64,000 nt of DNA from Octopus sinensis (lineage: Eukaryota), in NCBI RefSeq assembly GCF_006345805.1, contig NC_042998.1, forward strand, positions 86,552,001-86,616,000, written 5' to 3'. The translations under genes and the position numbers were made by a program. The notes below the pieces were generated by a model. The model was not told where the DNA came from, did not search any database, and saw only the letters and a list, made by a program, of their open reading frames with translations. The stretch's first letter is position 1. Each line of letters starts with the position of its first letter. Positions 1 to 12,615 of this stretch are shown in pieces.

Positions 1-496
1 ACTGACTTCAACCATGTTTGGAAGGTGCTTTCTTTGTGCCACTGGTATGGGAGCCAGTCAGGCAGCACTGGCATCGATCTCTGCTCAAAGGGTACTTATT
101 ATGTGCCACCAGCATGGGTACTAGTCAGGCAGCACTAGCATCAGGCATAACTATGATCTCACTTGACGCAACAGGTCTTCTCAAGCACAGAGTGTTGGTC
201 AGCAATTCAAGGGTACTTTTAAATGGGCTGGTTATGTGACACAGGTATCAGCCACAGCTGTGATCTCACTTTATTTGCCAGGTCTTCTCAATTGCAACAA
301 TATGCATGTTTGTGTGTGTGTGTGTATGTGTGTGTGTGTGTGTGTGTTCCTCTTTGTTGAAGAGCACAGGCTTGAAATGTAAAAGACTTTCTTACCTTCC
401 CGAATGTCAAACTAATACACTTGTATTGTAATTACTGCTTGTTGTTTATACACCTATCTTTGTCTTTTGTTTTTCTGTCAAATTCTAACTATATAC

Positions 497-534
<38 letters not shown>

Positions 535-544
535 ATGTATATAT

Positions 545-1920
545 ATGTATATATAAATCACAGTATGTGCATGCATAATGATTAACACATACATTTCCAC
601 AGTTCTCAACGAAGTTTCACCAAACTTTACACACACATTACTTATGTCCTAAGGATGGCCATGCATTATAACATGGTGCCCAGCGCTCCAGCATAAATGG
701 ACGTAAATGGTAATAGTTTTTTGTATGTAGGATCTTCCATACTGTTTTTTATCTTTTCATAAAAGTGAAAGGATTTTGACTATTTATTTCTACTGTCCAC
801 CAGCAGCCATACTTAAATTGACTAGGAACACTGAATGCATACATTCCACACTTCTCAACCGATTTTCACCAAACATTACACACATGTTATTTATGTCCCA
901 GATAGTCATGCACTGAACATTTTGCCCAGAGCTTCCGTGTATATGGACCTAAATGGACATAGTTTTTTGTATGTAGGATCTTCCATACCTTTTTAATCTT
1001 TTTCTAAAAGTGAAAGAATTTTGTCTATTTATTTATTCCAACTGTTCACCTCCACGGTAATTAAACTGACTAGGACCACTATATGTGATGAATATCTAAA
1101 ACTAAACAATCTTAATCTCCACATGTAAACTGTGTTAAACTTGAGCAAGCTTACCGCTACCTATTCTGAGTTACATGAAAGGTGATGTTCCTTTCCCTCA
1201 CTTCTATTTGTTGCTACCTTTGTTTACTTACCAATATGTTGTTTCAATTTAAGGATACTTATTTACCCATCCATTATGATATTTTGACAGTTGTCCATTG
1301 TTTCAAATACATTTTAGAATCGTTGTTCTGACCTTTTTTACACAATCACATATGATTCATTCCATAGAATCAGCCTTTAAATAATAGGTCTGCTTCCACT
1401 AACGAAAGCTACACACATCTTTCAGAAAGCTCCATATCAATTTAACTTTATGCAGCACTCATTGTTAGTTTATGTGCAGGCTATGTGGGAAGACAGAGTA
1501 AAGGGGCTTTGTTAGCTTATCTCTCTGAAAAAATAGCTCCCTTTGCTGTTGATAAAAAAAATTTGCAGAGGGGAAGTTTCAACGACTTCCTTCAATTTCA
1601 TTACTCTATTTATGTGGTTGTTTCTAACTAGAAATTTCGCTTTCATGTAAAACAACTATATTTTTTTATTATTATTCATAATCTACTCCCAAAGCACTCT
1701 AATAGCTCTACTTTGCACCACTTGCAAACATATATGTTATATGATCATTAAAGTGCAATGGCCTCCACAAAAACCAGCCTTCAATTTGATTTTCTGTTCT
1801 GAGGTTATCGGAAACATAGATTGCCATGCTACTCATAAAACATAATGGTAGTTCAATTATTTGGTGAAAAAATACCAGCTAAGTGACTTAAACCGTCCAA
1901 AGGATGGGTGTGTTTGCTAG
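545..1920 (+). mobile_element. Non-autonomous Helitron (N1); copy B ends at 50636
   Basis: CCGATTTTCACCAAAC subterminal-type motif in a ~250-bp tandem duplication (about 590-840 and 840-1090). The 3' end is ACCGTCC-AAA-GGATGGGT hairpin, then CTAG (1917-1920), then T. The 5' boundary is approximate. Confidence 0.7.
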
Positions 1921-2063
1921 TATATATATATGAATGTATGTATGTTATGTATGTATATATGTGTGTGCATATGTGTGTGTGTATATATATATGTATGTAT
2001 GTATGTATGTATGCATGTAAATACATATGTATGTAAGTATATACATATGTATGTATATATACA

Positions 2064-2117
<54 letters not shown>

Positions 2118-2548
2118 ATAAGTTTCCAAATTATGGTGGTAGGGATATGGAATCCAAATGGGTATCATAATCACATATACCAGTTATTGACATCACAAAT
2201 TAATAAGCCATAGACATGAGAGCACATTAGGTTGTCTTCACCAAGCTAAACATGTGTTTCAAAAATGTGAACACAAAATGAGAACACAAAATGTAAATGC
2301 AGAATATATATTATTGAAATTAGAATTGAAATTAAGTAAACAATAGTAAGTTGAGAAGGCAATTAAATTAAACTCCTGTAGCAGATGCTTAGTGAAATTC
2401 TTTCTCTCTCTGTTATATATACATAAGTACAGACATAGTAAAAATAATAATAATAAATGCACGTAAAAAATGCATATTTTGCAGTGTGCATTAGTTAATT
2501 GCTGCAGAAACATGTAGAGGTGCAGAAACGAAGAGAAGTAATTAGTAT

Positions 2549-4330
2549 TATCATCATCATCATTGTTGTGTAACATCCATTTTTTGTGCTGGCATTGGTT
2601 GGGCAGTTTGACTGGGAACTGGCAAGCCTGGAGGCTGCACCAGGCTCCAATCAGATCTGGCAATGTTTCTACAACTGGATGCTCTTCCTAACGCCAACCA
2701 CTCTGAGAGTGTAGAGGGTGCTTTTTACATATCACAGGTGCAGGAGTCAGTCTCATGGCACTGGCATTGGCCATGTTCAGATCGTGCATTTTATGTGCCA
2801 CTGGCATGAGGAGCCAGTCAAGCGGATCTGGCAGCAACCCACACATGGTGCTTATTGCATTCCACCAGCACTGCTATCGGCCACAACTACAATTTCCATT
2901 TGATTGTGATTTGATTTGATTTTGATCTATTTGACTCAGTAGGTCTCCTCAAGCACAGCATGTTGTCCAACAATTCAAAGGTACTTTTTAAATGGGCTTG
3001 TTATGCGACACTGGTGTAGGCTATGTCTGTGATCTCACTTTCCTTGCCAGGACTTCTCAATCACGGCATATCTCCAGAGATCTTGGTCTTTTGTCAATGC
3101 CTCTGTGAGGCCCAACTTTTGAAAATCATGCTTCATCACTGTTCCTTCCACTGTTAGAGAGTGACACTTCTTCACACAGCTCTCCTCATCCATATGTAGC
3201 ACATGACCATACCAGTACAGCCATCTCTCTTGAACACTACATCTCATGCTTCTTATATCCAACATTTCTCTCAGGTTGCTTACACTCTGTTGTGTGTGCA
3301 CACTGACATTACACATTCAGCGAAGCATACTAGCTTCATTTCTTTCAAGCCTATGCATGTCTTCAGTAGTCATGGCCTATGTTTCAGTGCTGTGTAGCAT
3401 GGAAGTTTGCACACAGGCATCATGCAATCTACCTTTTTACTCTGAGCGAGAGGCCTTTGTCACCAGTAGAGGTAGGAGCTTTCTGAATTTTGCCCAGGCT
3501 ATTCTTATTCTGGTAGCAACACTCTCTGCGCATCCAACCTCACAGCAGACTTGGTTACCTAGGTAGTGGAAGCTATCAACTACTTCTAGTTTCTCCCTCT
3601 GGTATGTGATGGAATCAGTTTTCTAAGCATCTGTGGTGTTTATTGCCCATGTGCATCTGCCGCACACAAAAGCTATCTTCTCAGTAAATCTTCTTTTGAT
3701 GTTGCTGCACCTCTTATGTGTCCATAGATTACACTGGGTACATTTTATGGAGTTTCTACCTACACTTTTTCTACAGATCGAGCAGGACCATCTACCTAAA
3801 GGGTTTTGTGATGTGTTCACCTTCCTACTTACTAGGACTTTGGTTTTTGCCACATTGACTCTAAGGCCCTTCATTTATAAACCTTGCTTCAACACCTGAA
3901 ATTTCTTCTCTAGTTCTGGTAGTGATTCCACTATTAGAGCAAGGTCATCAGCATAGAGGAGTTCCCAGGAGCAGCCTATTATTGCCTGGGAGACTATGAT
4001 AAGAAGGGCTGAGGGCTGATCCTTGATGAACCCTTACTTCTACCTGGAATTATTCACTATACTTATTGTCGACCCTTACCTTACTAACGGCATCCCTGTA
4101 CAAAGCCTGTACAGCTCTTATTAACCACTTATCAATCCCAAATTTCTGCATCAGCCACCAGATAAGGGATTGAGGACCCTGTCAAAGGCTTTCTCCAAAT
4201 CAACAAAAGCCAAGTATAGGGGCTTATCTTTGGCTAGGTATTTCTCCTGCAGTTGCCAAGAGTATAGCATCAGTGGTGTTTCTACCTGGTAAACCGAACT
4301 GCATTTCACATGTCTCATCAGACCCAAATA
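2549..4330 (-). mobile_element. 5'-truncated, decayed RTE-like LINE of the PHD-insert family; copy B about 51266-53047
   Basis: Frameshifted RT motifs (FVDLEKAFDRV, LYADDL, KTKVL, SFHYLG), C-terminal LLPLLVTKGLSLRVKG, 3' UTR and (GAT)n tail. Confidence 0.9.
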
Positions 4331-4461
4331 CTGGTAGCCAAATTATTATAAGCAATCCTTAAATGTTTACTGAGATAGGACTGATTTTTACATGGGATGT
4401 ATATTTTTTCTTCTCATTTTTTATAATATCCAATGAAATATATATATTTTGCTTTTTACAG

Positions 4462-4550
4462 ATTCATATTTTATCTGAATCGGATGAAGTCAAAATTGTG
4501 TTTGCAAAGCCAATTGAGAAGGTTAGGAGTCAAAACCATGAATTTATACA
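4462..4550 (+). CDS. Duplicate of cadherin exon 5 inside the duplicated block
   Basis: Same sequence and splice sites as 53179-53267. Confidence 0.75.
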
Positions 4551-4667
4551 GTAAGGACACTGATATTTTTTCTTATATGTTGCATGCAACCACTTTGTAT
4601 ATTATGTGTGTGTGTGCACATATACATAGTTATATGTATATAAACACTATATATATATATATATAAT

Positions 4668-4702
<35 letters not shown>

Positions 4703-4709
<7 letters not shown>

Positions 4710-5297
4710 TAGAACAGCAGAGATTGGATGAAACGCTGATAGAACAGTAGAGATTGGATGAAATATTGATAGAAAGCAGAAAAATTTATTGGTAACTAGC
4801 CATGAGACTCAAACTCACATCTCATTGATTACCAATCAAGTGCTATACCAATTAAGCTAAGCTGCCTACTGACAAATTAATCTGCAGTTTTAGAACTTAT
4901 AAAGCTACCGAGCACAACACTGCATGGCTAAATGTTATTATGATAGATGTAAACAAACTAATGCTTATTTTAGAAATGTTGAAATGAGAATAGTGAGATA
5001 CAAATAAGATGATTGATTTTCAAATGCATGAACACTGACAGAACTGCAGAGATTGGATAAAATATCCAGAGAAAGTGGAAAATTTGTCAGCAATCAGCCA
5101 TGATACTTGAACTCACATTCCTCTGAGTACCAGTCAAGTGCTTTACCAATTAAGTTGTCCATGGGAAATTTAGCTTAATTCATAAACACTTGGCTGATAA
5201 TCAAAAGGAAGTGAGTTCAAGTTTTATTGCTGGTTGCTGACAAATTTTTCTGATTTCTATGGATATTTTATCCAATTTCTGCTGTTCTGTCAGCGTT
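4703..5297. repeat. Three copies of a tRNA-like-headed repeat (two on minus, one on plus), plus a 30-bp tandem unit
   Basis: Minus-strand heads at about 4793-4866 and 5095-5160 have A-box, B-box and an anticodon arm with GGT. The plus copy at 5171-5297 is inverted against 5032-5160. Confidence 0.6.
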
Positions 5298-5378
5298 TAT
5301 GTATTTGAAAATAAATTATCATCTCACAATACATATTTCAACGCTTCTAAAACAGACATTAGTTTGTTTACATTTATC

Positions 5379-5475
<97 letters not shown>

Positions 5476-5526
5476 GTATGTATATATGTATATATATGTA
5501 TGTATATATATATGTATGTATATATA

Positions 5527-5915
5527 GGCGCAGGTGTGGCTGTGTGGTAAGTAGCTTGCTAACCAACCACATGGTTCCGGGTTCAGTCCCACTGCGCGGC
5601 ATCTTGGGCAAGTGTCTTCTGCTATAGTCCCGGGCCGACCAGTGCCTTGTGAGTGGATTTGGTAGACGGAAACTGAAAGAAGCCTGTCGTATATATGTAT
5701 ATATATATATGTGTGTGTGTTTGTCCCCCTAGCATCGCTTGACAACCGATGCTGGTGTGTTTATGTCCCTGTCACTTAGCGGTTCGGCAAAAAAGAGACC
5801 GATAGAATAAGTACTGGGCTTACAAAGAATAAGTCCCGGGGTCGAGTTGCTCGATTAAAGGCGGTGCTCCAGCATGGCCGCAGTCAAATGACTGAAACGA
5901 GTAAAAAGAGAAAAA
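5527..5915 (+). mobile_element. tRNA-derived SINE, family A (internal TA/TG microsatellite)
   Basis: A-box TGGCTGTGTGGTAAG, B-box GGTTCAGTCCC, conserved body, purine-rich tail. Other copies at 6762-7083(-), 7279-7709(-), 16734-17420(+, interrupted), 36010-36450(-), 37520-37690(+). Confidence 0.9.
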
Positions 5916-5936
5916 GAAAAAAGAGAGATATATATG

Positions 5937-5982
<46 letters not shown>

Positions 5983-6165
5983 CAAATATATATATATTAA
6001 ATTAAATTAGAGATAAAACCACTATTAGGCAAATCAAACAGTGAAAAACATAAGCCAATACATAAAATTAATTTAAAATATAAAAGTTAAAAATAAAAAA
6101 TTATTTAAATAATTTAAACTTATAAATTTTATATATATATACAAATATATATATATATATATGTA

Positions 6166-6206
<41 letters not shown>

Positions 6207-6227
6207 GTATATGTATATATGTGTGTA

Positions 6228-6259
<32 letters not shown>

Positions 6260-6279
6260 ATATATATTGTATGTGTGTA

Positions 6280-6324
<45 letters not shown>

Positions 6325-6344
6325 GTATATAATATATGTGTGTA

Positions 6345-6402
<58 letters not shown>

Positions 6403-6761
6403 TACACACACACATGCACATACACACACACACCACACACATATATAGTGTGTGTGTCTGGTGATACAAACAGAAAAACAGAATGCAAAATGAGTGTATG
6501 CATATTTTTTTTTTATCGATTTTCAGCAGAAGCAACAGAGTAACTCAAGGGCCAAGAGTTTCATGTGCTGGCACTTATCAAACTCTGTATGTGGTATGTG
6601 TGTGTCTGTGCACGTGCGTGCCTGTGTGTGTGCGTGTGAGTGTGTGTGTGTGTGTGCGACTGGGCGCATGTGTATGTATGTGTGTACCCATGGTGAATAA
6701 ATATTCTTTATTCATGGGGTAACCAGACTATTAGTGGTTTCATGTTCAGAGAGATATCTCT

Positions 6762-7083
6762 TTACTCTTTACTCTTTTACTTGTTTCAGTACTTATTCTA
6801 TCGGTCTCTTATGCTGAACCGCTAAGTAACGGGGACATAAACACACCAGCATCGATTGTCAAGCAATGCTAGGGGGACAAACACAGACACACAAACACAC
6901 ACACGCATATATATATACACGACAGGCTTCTTTCAGTTTCCGTCTACCAAATTCACTCACAAGGCTTTGGTCGGCCCGAGGCTATAATAGAAGACACTTG
7001 CCCAAGGTGCCACACAGTGGGACTGAACCCGGAACCATGTGGTTGGTAAACAAGCTACTTACCACACAGCCACTCCTGTGCCT
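6762..7083 (-). mobile_element. SINE family A with an internal 3' deletion
   Basis: Reverse complement of 5527-5915, including the tRNA head. Confidence 0.88.
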
Positions 7084-7278
7084 CTCAACAATTTTTAAAG
7101 TCTACCTTGGGATGTTAGGATTTGTCTCCATCTTGGATAAACAATAAAACACAATAGAGTCACATGCTATTTAATAGTGTCAGGCGACATTTAATAGAGT
7201 CATGTGAGATTTGTTTTTACTTATATGTATGTGTATGCCTGATTACATGTTTTTCACATATTGTCAATGCATAGGATT

Positions 7279-7480
7279 ACTCTTTTACTTGTTTCAGTCA
7301 CTTGACTGTGGCCATGCTGGAGCACTGCCTTTAGTGAAGCAAAGTGACCCCAGACTTATTCTTTGTAAGCCTAGTACTTATTCTATCAGTCTCTTTTGCC
7401 AAACTGCCAAGTTACGGGGACGTAAACACACCAGCATCGGTTGTCAAGCAATGTTGGGGGGACAAACACAGACACACAAA

Positions 7481-7543
<63 letters not shown>

Positions 7544-7709
7544 ACACACACACACACATACATATATATATTATATACATATATACGATGGGCTTCTTTC
7601 AGTTTCCTCTACCAAATCCACTCACAAGGTTTTGGTTTGCCTGAGACTATAGTTGAAGACACTGGTCCAAGGTGCCACGCAGTGGGACTGAACCCGGAAC
7701 CATGTGGTT
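7279..7709 (-). mobile_element. SINE family A, 5'-truncated
   Basis: Reverse-complement match to the SINE body from the B-box to the tail. Confidence 0.88.
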
Positions 7710-8168
7710 CCTATGCCTATTTATAAGTTTGTGTATATATTTATGCAAAAGTTTCTGCATATATTCATGTCTGTGTGTATATTCATTCTGTGAAATATTC
7801 AGTGAATCAATTAGTATCATGCACATAAGCACACATATACATGAATGTGTATGTACAAACACACACACACATACACACACACACACTGACACACATGCAC
7901 ATGTACATAGACATTGATAGCCACCTGTATTTATTCATATATATGTGTGTGTGTGTGTGTGTGTGTCTGTGTGTGTGTACGTACAGGCAACAGGTGAGAG
8001 TGACACATGCTCAGTAGAGAACACAAATAACCTCAAATGAATTTAAAGCTAAACTCTGATTTCTTCATCTTGGGTGAAGCCTGGCTATAAGAGAAATACA
8101 AATTGAATTGATATGGAGGTGGTAATGCAAATGAACACATGCTTTATATATATATATATATATATATT

Positions 8169-8750
8169 TATACAATAATATGTTACATTACTCGATAGTC
8201 AAGATAAAACTCTGAGTCCGGGAGGTGATTTATTGGAAGGTGCGGTCTATGCGACATGGAGAGATGGAGAGATGGCTTATCTGGAAAAGCAGCTTAGACC
8301 CTACTACATGTCTAAACACAAGGACAGAACTTTTCGGATCATGCCCACATGTGACTAAATTTCTGTTACGTTTTTGGTCCCCTAAAGAAAACAGATAGAA
8401 CATGCTTTCTATGTTATGTCCCAAGAAGATTTTATATATTTTTATATATTTTTTATGTATTTTTATATAATTCTTATGACGAAAAATGCGAGCGATGTAT
8501 AAGTACACAGGCAAGCAGAGTTATAACACAGTAATTTCCCTTTATATAACGGTATTTTTTCATAGCGTTTTCAAATAGCCAGATAACCGAAGAGATGGTG
8601 TCGTGGATTTCCACTTCGGCATCTGAAACTCAGAGTTTTATCTTGACTATCGAGTAATGTAACATATTATTGTATAGATAAATTTCCTCTATTTACATAA
8701 TATTGAGGTCTCTTTCTTTCTTTTGTTATCTTACCGTTTTACCAATATAT
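8169..8750 (+). mobile_element. Penelope-like element remnant: inverted partial pLTR, GIY-YIG C-terminus, 3' pLTR
   Basis: Perfect 49-bp inverted repeat (8169-8217 / 8628-8676). The internal + frame, after removing an 8-nt duplication, reads GRCGLCDMERWLIWKSSLDPTTCLNTRTELFGSCPHVTKFLL, matching the PLE endonuclease tail CxLCxxE..LNxRxEL...CxH..KFLL. Confidence 0.8.
8575..8650 (+). ncRNA. Type I hammerhead ribozyme-like motif (variant core) in the PLE pLTR; copy B about 57311-57386
   Basis: Helix I AGATAA/TTATCT (extendable by ATAG/CTAT), core CCGAAGA (8587-8593), helix II GATG...CATC, GAAA (8625-8628), palindromic helix III ACTC-A-GAGT, cleavage triplet GTT (8635-8637). Confidence 0.65.
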
Positions 8751-8763
8751 AAATAGATATATA

Positions 8764-9919
8764 TCTCTCTCTATATAAACGGCAGTTTGTCTGTCTGTGT
8801 GTCTGTGTGTCTGTCAGGTTGTACCCTCACCCTGACCACGGCTTTCAACCGATTCTGATGAAATTTGACACACACATAGCCCAATGTCATAATTCAAAAC
8901 TAATGCAGCGAAAATATTTTAAAAGTTCCCCCAGTTCTGAAAAAAATGTATAAATTCGACATGGGGTCGAGAATCTAAGCTTTTTATATGCAACACATTT
9001 TCTGTTGTAGTTTTCGCAACTTGCAATCGATTTTCACCAAACTCATGGTGAAGCTTAATGTTACCCTAAGAAACTTAATTCTGCCGTTAGTTTTCCATGC
9101 AATACCTCACCATCAGAAAAAATCAATAAAATCATGCCATTTTGGGAAATCGCGTTCAAATTCAAGATGACATATTTTCGACAATATCTTTCACAAATTG
9201 GCTGGAATTTTTTTTAAATTCACAGCGAGCATAATGTCTGCACCAAGGAGCTATATGGCCCTTTTTATTCCAATAGGATACTTTATTACTGGAAAAAATC
9301 GGTTAATTAAATCATATGTGGCACACATAGCAAACCGATTTGTGTATTAAATACAAACCACAGACTGTCTAGGGGACTCAACTCGACCTTTTTAACTCTC
9401 GGAACACGTGGGGTAAGTATCCCAAAATGTATAAAAATGTAGAAAAACGGCAAAAAAGCGGGCAGCAATGTGAGTGACAACAACGAAAAAGTCAAAAGTG
9501 ACCAAACTGAACAAACGAATGGAAAAGGTTTTTTGGTGCACACGACAAAAGCGGTTTATAATAAACCAAGAGTTTGCAAGTAGCATCCGAGGACCCTTAG
9601 GGTACGTCAAAAAATTCAAGGTAAAACGTTTGGGGTGGTAGTTATAAAGAAAGTTTAAACAAAAAAAGTATTCGAATAACTTGTGGCTGCAGCAGCTATT
9701 AGCAGAAGTGGGGGTAAAGTCTCGAATGTAATTTCTTCCTAGTAGGAAATGGTTGGGTTGAATTATCGATAGCTGTTTGATAGTTATTTGGGAGTGAAGA
9801 GAAGACATTGCAACCTACACATGCGCCTTCATTCCCTAGAGGGAAAGGACTAGATTGGGATTAGTCGTTGCCTACTAGGGGCTCTTATATACACGGGCAA
9901 CGCCGGGCTATGCTGCTAG
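8764..9919 (+). mobile_element. Non-autonomous Helitron (N2); copy B 57500-58648
   Basis: A|TC 5' end, (GTCT)-type microsatellite, CCGATTCTGATGAAATTTG motif, 3' CGGGCAACGCCGGG hairpin, CTAG|T end. Confidence 0.8.
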
Positions 9920-9931
9920 TATATATATACA

Positions 9932-9970
<39 letters not shown>

Positions 9971-10975
9971 TTACATGTATCACAAAAATACAAAATAGAA
10001 CATGTAATTTATTAGTATGACAGCTGTTTCAAGAAGCTCAGAGTTATGAAATAATTATAATAATCATAATTTTCATGTGAAATGTACAAAACATGATGGG
10101 TATGTAACCAGTAACCAGTCACATGAAGGTATTGCAGTATGTCTGGCTCCTCTCATCAAGAGAAGATTGGTAAATGCAGTTCATATCGTAGTGCAAGCAA
10201 ATATAATGGTTAAAAAGGGGAGAGGAAGCAGAATGCGATGTATGGGACAGAGGAAGAACTTCTACAATATAAGAAGAAAGGAATAGGGAAAGAAGTGAAG
10301 AAACAGAGAGGGCAGGAAGATGAAGTTAAAGCCATCCTGTTCAAAGCAAATGTCATGAGACAGTTGATCAATTAGGAATGCCATCTGGTCTGTCAAAGTG
10401 GCAGAAAGAGATGAGCATTGAGATAAAGTAGTGGAGCTGGGGTAGTGGAGGAAGGAAGCATGCTGAAAGAGTAAAGGAAAGTAAACTGATGTTAAAATAC
10501 TTAAATAATCAGCGAAGAGATTTAGTCACAATTAGGAGCAATTATAAAGACTTTACATAATGAGAAAAAGGGGAATAAGATCTATGTTTATGTGAAAAGA
10601 TATGTTAGAGAACCTATTAAGTAACAACGTATTATAATGACTATTTTGCATTTTGGTTGGGAAGCAGAATTCTTACAACATAGCCACATCTGCATCTAGT
10701 CAGAGGACTGCACCAACCAAGCTCTGTTGTCTGCTTTGGTATGGTTTCTACAGCTGGGCACCTGCCACTGAAGAAGTGCAGTATGCTGAAATTATGTGAT
10801 TTGGAAGTTCTTGTCTGCTACGTTATATGTGAGTGCTTTTAGCAGTGTATATCTATATGAGAAGACCTATCAAGGCAAATACCACAATATTCAGTGTGTT
10901 AATGATATATCCATGTTTTTTGCTATTAATACTACTTCTTCCATCTCTAATGTTTGTATGTGTATATGTTTCTAG

Positions 10976-11068
10976 ATTTCTTCAATCAGTTGTGGGAGAT
11001 GAATATGAAATTGTTCCTGGCAAACTTGATGTCTCCAAAAATGATAAAGGTGAACTTGATCCTCTCAG
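10976..11068 (+). CDS. Duplicate of cadherin exon 6 inside the duplicated block
   Basis: Same 93-nt sequence and splice sites as 59708-59800. Confidence 0.72.
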
Positions 11069-11708
11069 GTATTTTATTTTATATAATGGTTTTACTGCTG
11101 TGTGTGTGTGTGTGTTGTGTGTGTGTGTGTGTGGTGTGTGTGTATGTGTATGTGCATGTGTGTGTTCCCTCAGCATTTTTAGTCTTCATATAAAATTAAA
11201 GATGGAATTAAAACACATAACAAAGCAGAAATTATTGTAATCAACATTATAACAAAGAATAGTGCAAGAACATACATAGTAGATTTTTTTGCCACCCTCC
11301 ATCTAGTACAAAGCAGTGCTGGGGGGGGGGGAGTGCTAGCCTCCCCTGTTCGAAAATATAAGGACAAAGATAGTGTGTCGTATAGCCAGCTGGAGACGAT
11401 GTCTCCTGGGGCTAAAAAGCAGTAACATTCGCCCCAAAATGGGACTACCACATTAGGTTGGCAAAAAATCATTACTTTAAAGTGCTGCTACTGAATGTCT
11501 CTTGTTGAGAGATTTAGGAACAACAATGTTTCTACATTAAACACAGTAGAGTTTCAGACTAAATGCTTTACATTTCTCTGTGTTTTGGGTAAAAAGAAAA
11601 TCCTGCCTGTGGCGACATTGTGCTTATTACTCTGTAGTTGATAAAATTAGCATTCTATTTATGCATGCATGTATGTAGGTATATGCATATATATAATATA
11701 TGTGCATG

Positions 11709-11762
<54 letters not shown>

Positions 11763-11825
11763 CACGTAATTGCATAAATATACATACATATGCACATATA
11801 TATGTATATACACATATTTATCATA

Positions 11826-12210
11826 TCATCATCATCACCATCATTAGCATCTGCTTTCCATGCTGGCATGAGTTTGATATTTTACACAGCTGTCCTCATT
11901 CATATGCATCACATGACTGTACTATTGCAGCTGTCTCTCTTGCACATCACATCAGATGCCTCTTATGTCCAACATTTCACTCAAGATGCTAACACTCAGT
12001 TGTACATGCACACTGATATTGGACATCTAAACAAAGCATACTAGCTTTATTTCTTTCTAGCCTCTGTATATCGGCGGCAATCATAACCCATATTTCACTG
12101 CTGTGTAGCAGGGCTGTTCACACACTGGCATCATACAATCTGCCTTTCACTCTGAGGGAGTTGCCCTTAGTTACCAACAGAGGTAGGAGTTCTCTGAACT
12201 TTACCCAGCC
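11826..12210 (-). mobile_element. 3' fragment of the PHD-insert RTE-like LINE family
   Basis: WVKFRELLPLLVTKGNSLRVKGRLYDA and a (GAT)n tail. Confidence 0.85.
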
Positions 12211-12222
12211 TATGTATGTATG

Positions 12223-12256
<34 letters not shown>

Positions 12257-12615
12257 TGTATGTATGCATGTATGTATTCATGCATGCATGTATGTATGTA
12301 TGTATGTAGTATGTATGTAGTATGTATGTATGTATGTATGCATGTATGTATGTATGTGTGCATGCATGCATGTATGTATGTAAATTTATGTGTAATATAT
12401 TGGTCAGTTGTTCATAAGTAAGAAAAATGTTTGGTCTAAAATAAATTTTGAGCAGATTTACTTTAATGGATTTGAGTTGTATATCATAGGTTATGGCAAC
12501 AACTGGTTAGAAAATTATGATTGGTTTCAGGTCTACTATTTCACTGGGCAATATTGATGACCCATCAGCCATATGCATACATACATATATACATATGTAC
12601 ATACATACAAACACA

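Noticed and set aside
4705-4775. 30-bp tandem units CTGATAGAAC...GAAAC as a CRISPR array or hammerhead
   Set aside because: About 2.5 adjacent copies with no spacers, no helix II or III, in a eukaryotic context.
5259-7917. Many 60-170 aa ORFs rich in YI, HT, CV or MYV repeats, here and throughout the window
   Set aside because: They are translations of (TA)n, (CA)n and (TATG)n microsatellites and SINE bodies, with no coding signal.
8230-8514. 94-aa minus-strand ORF as a gene
   Set aside because: It is the antisense of the Penelope endonuclease tail and AT-rich pLTR.
8855-8875. CTGATGA...GAAA as another hammerhead
   Set aside because: It is the Helitron subterminal motif CCGATTCTGATGAAATTTG, with no helices.
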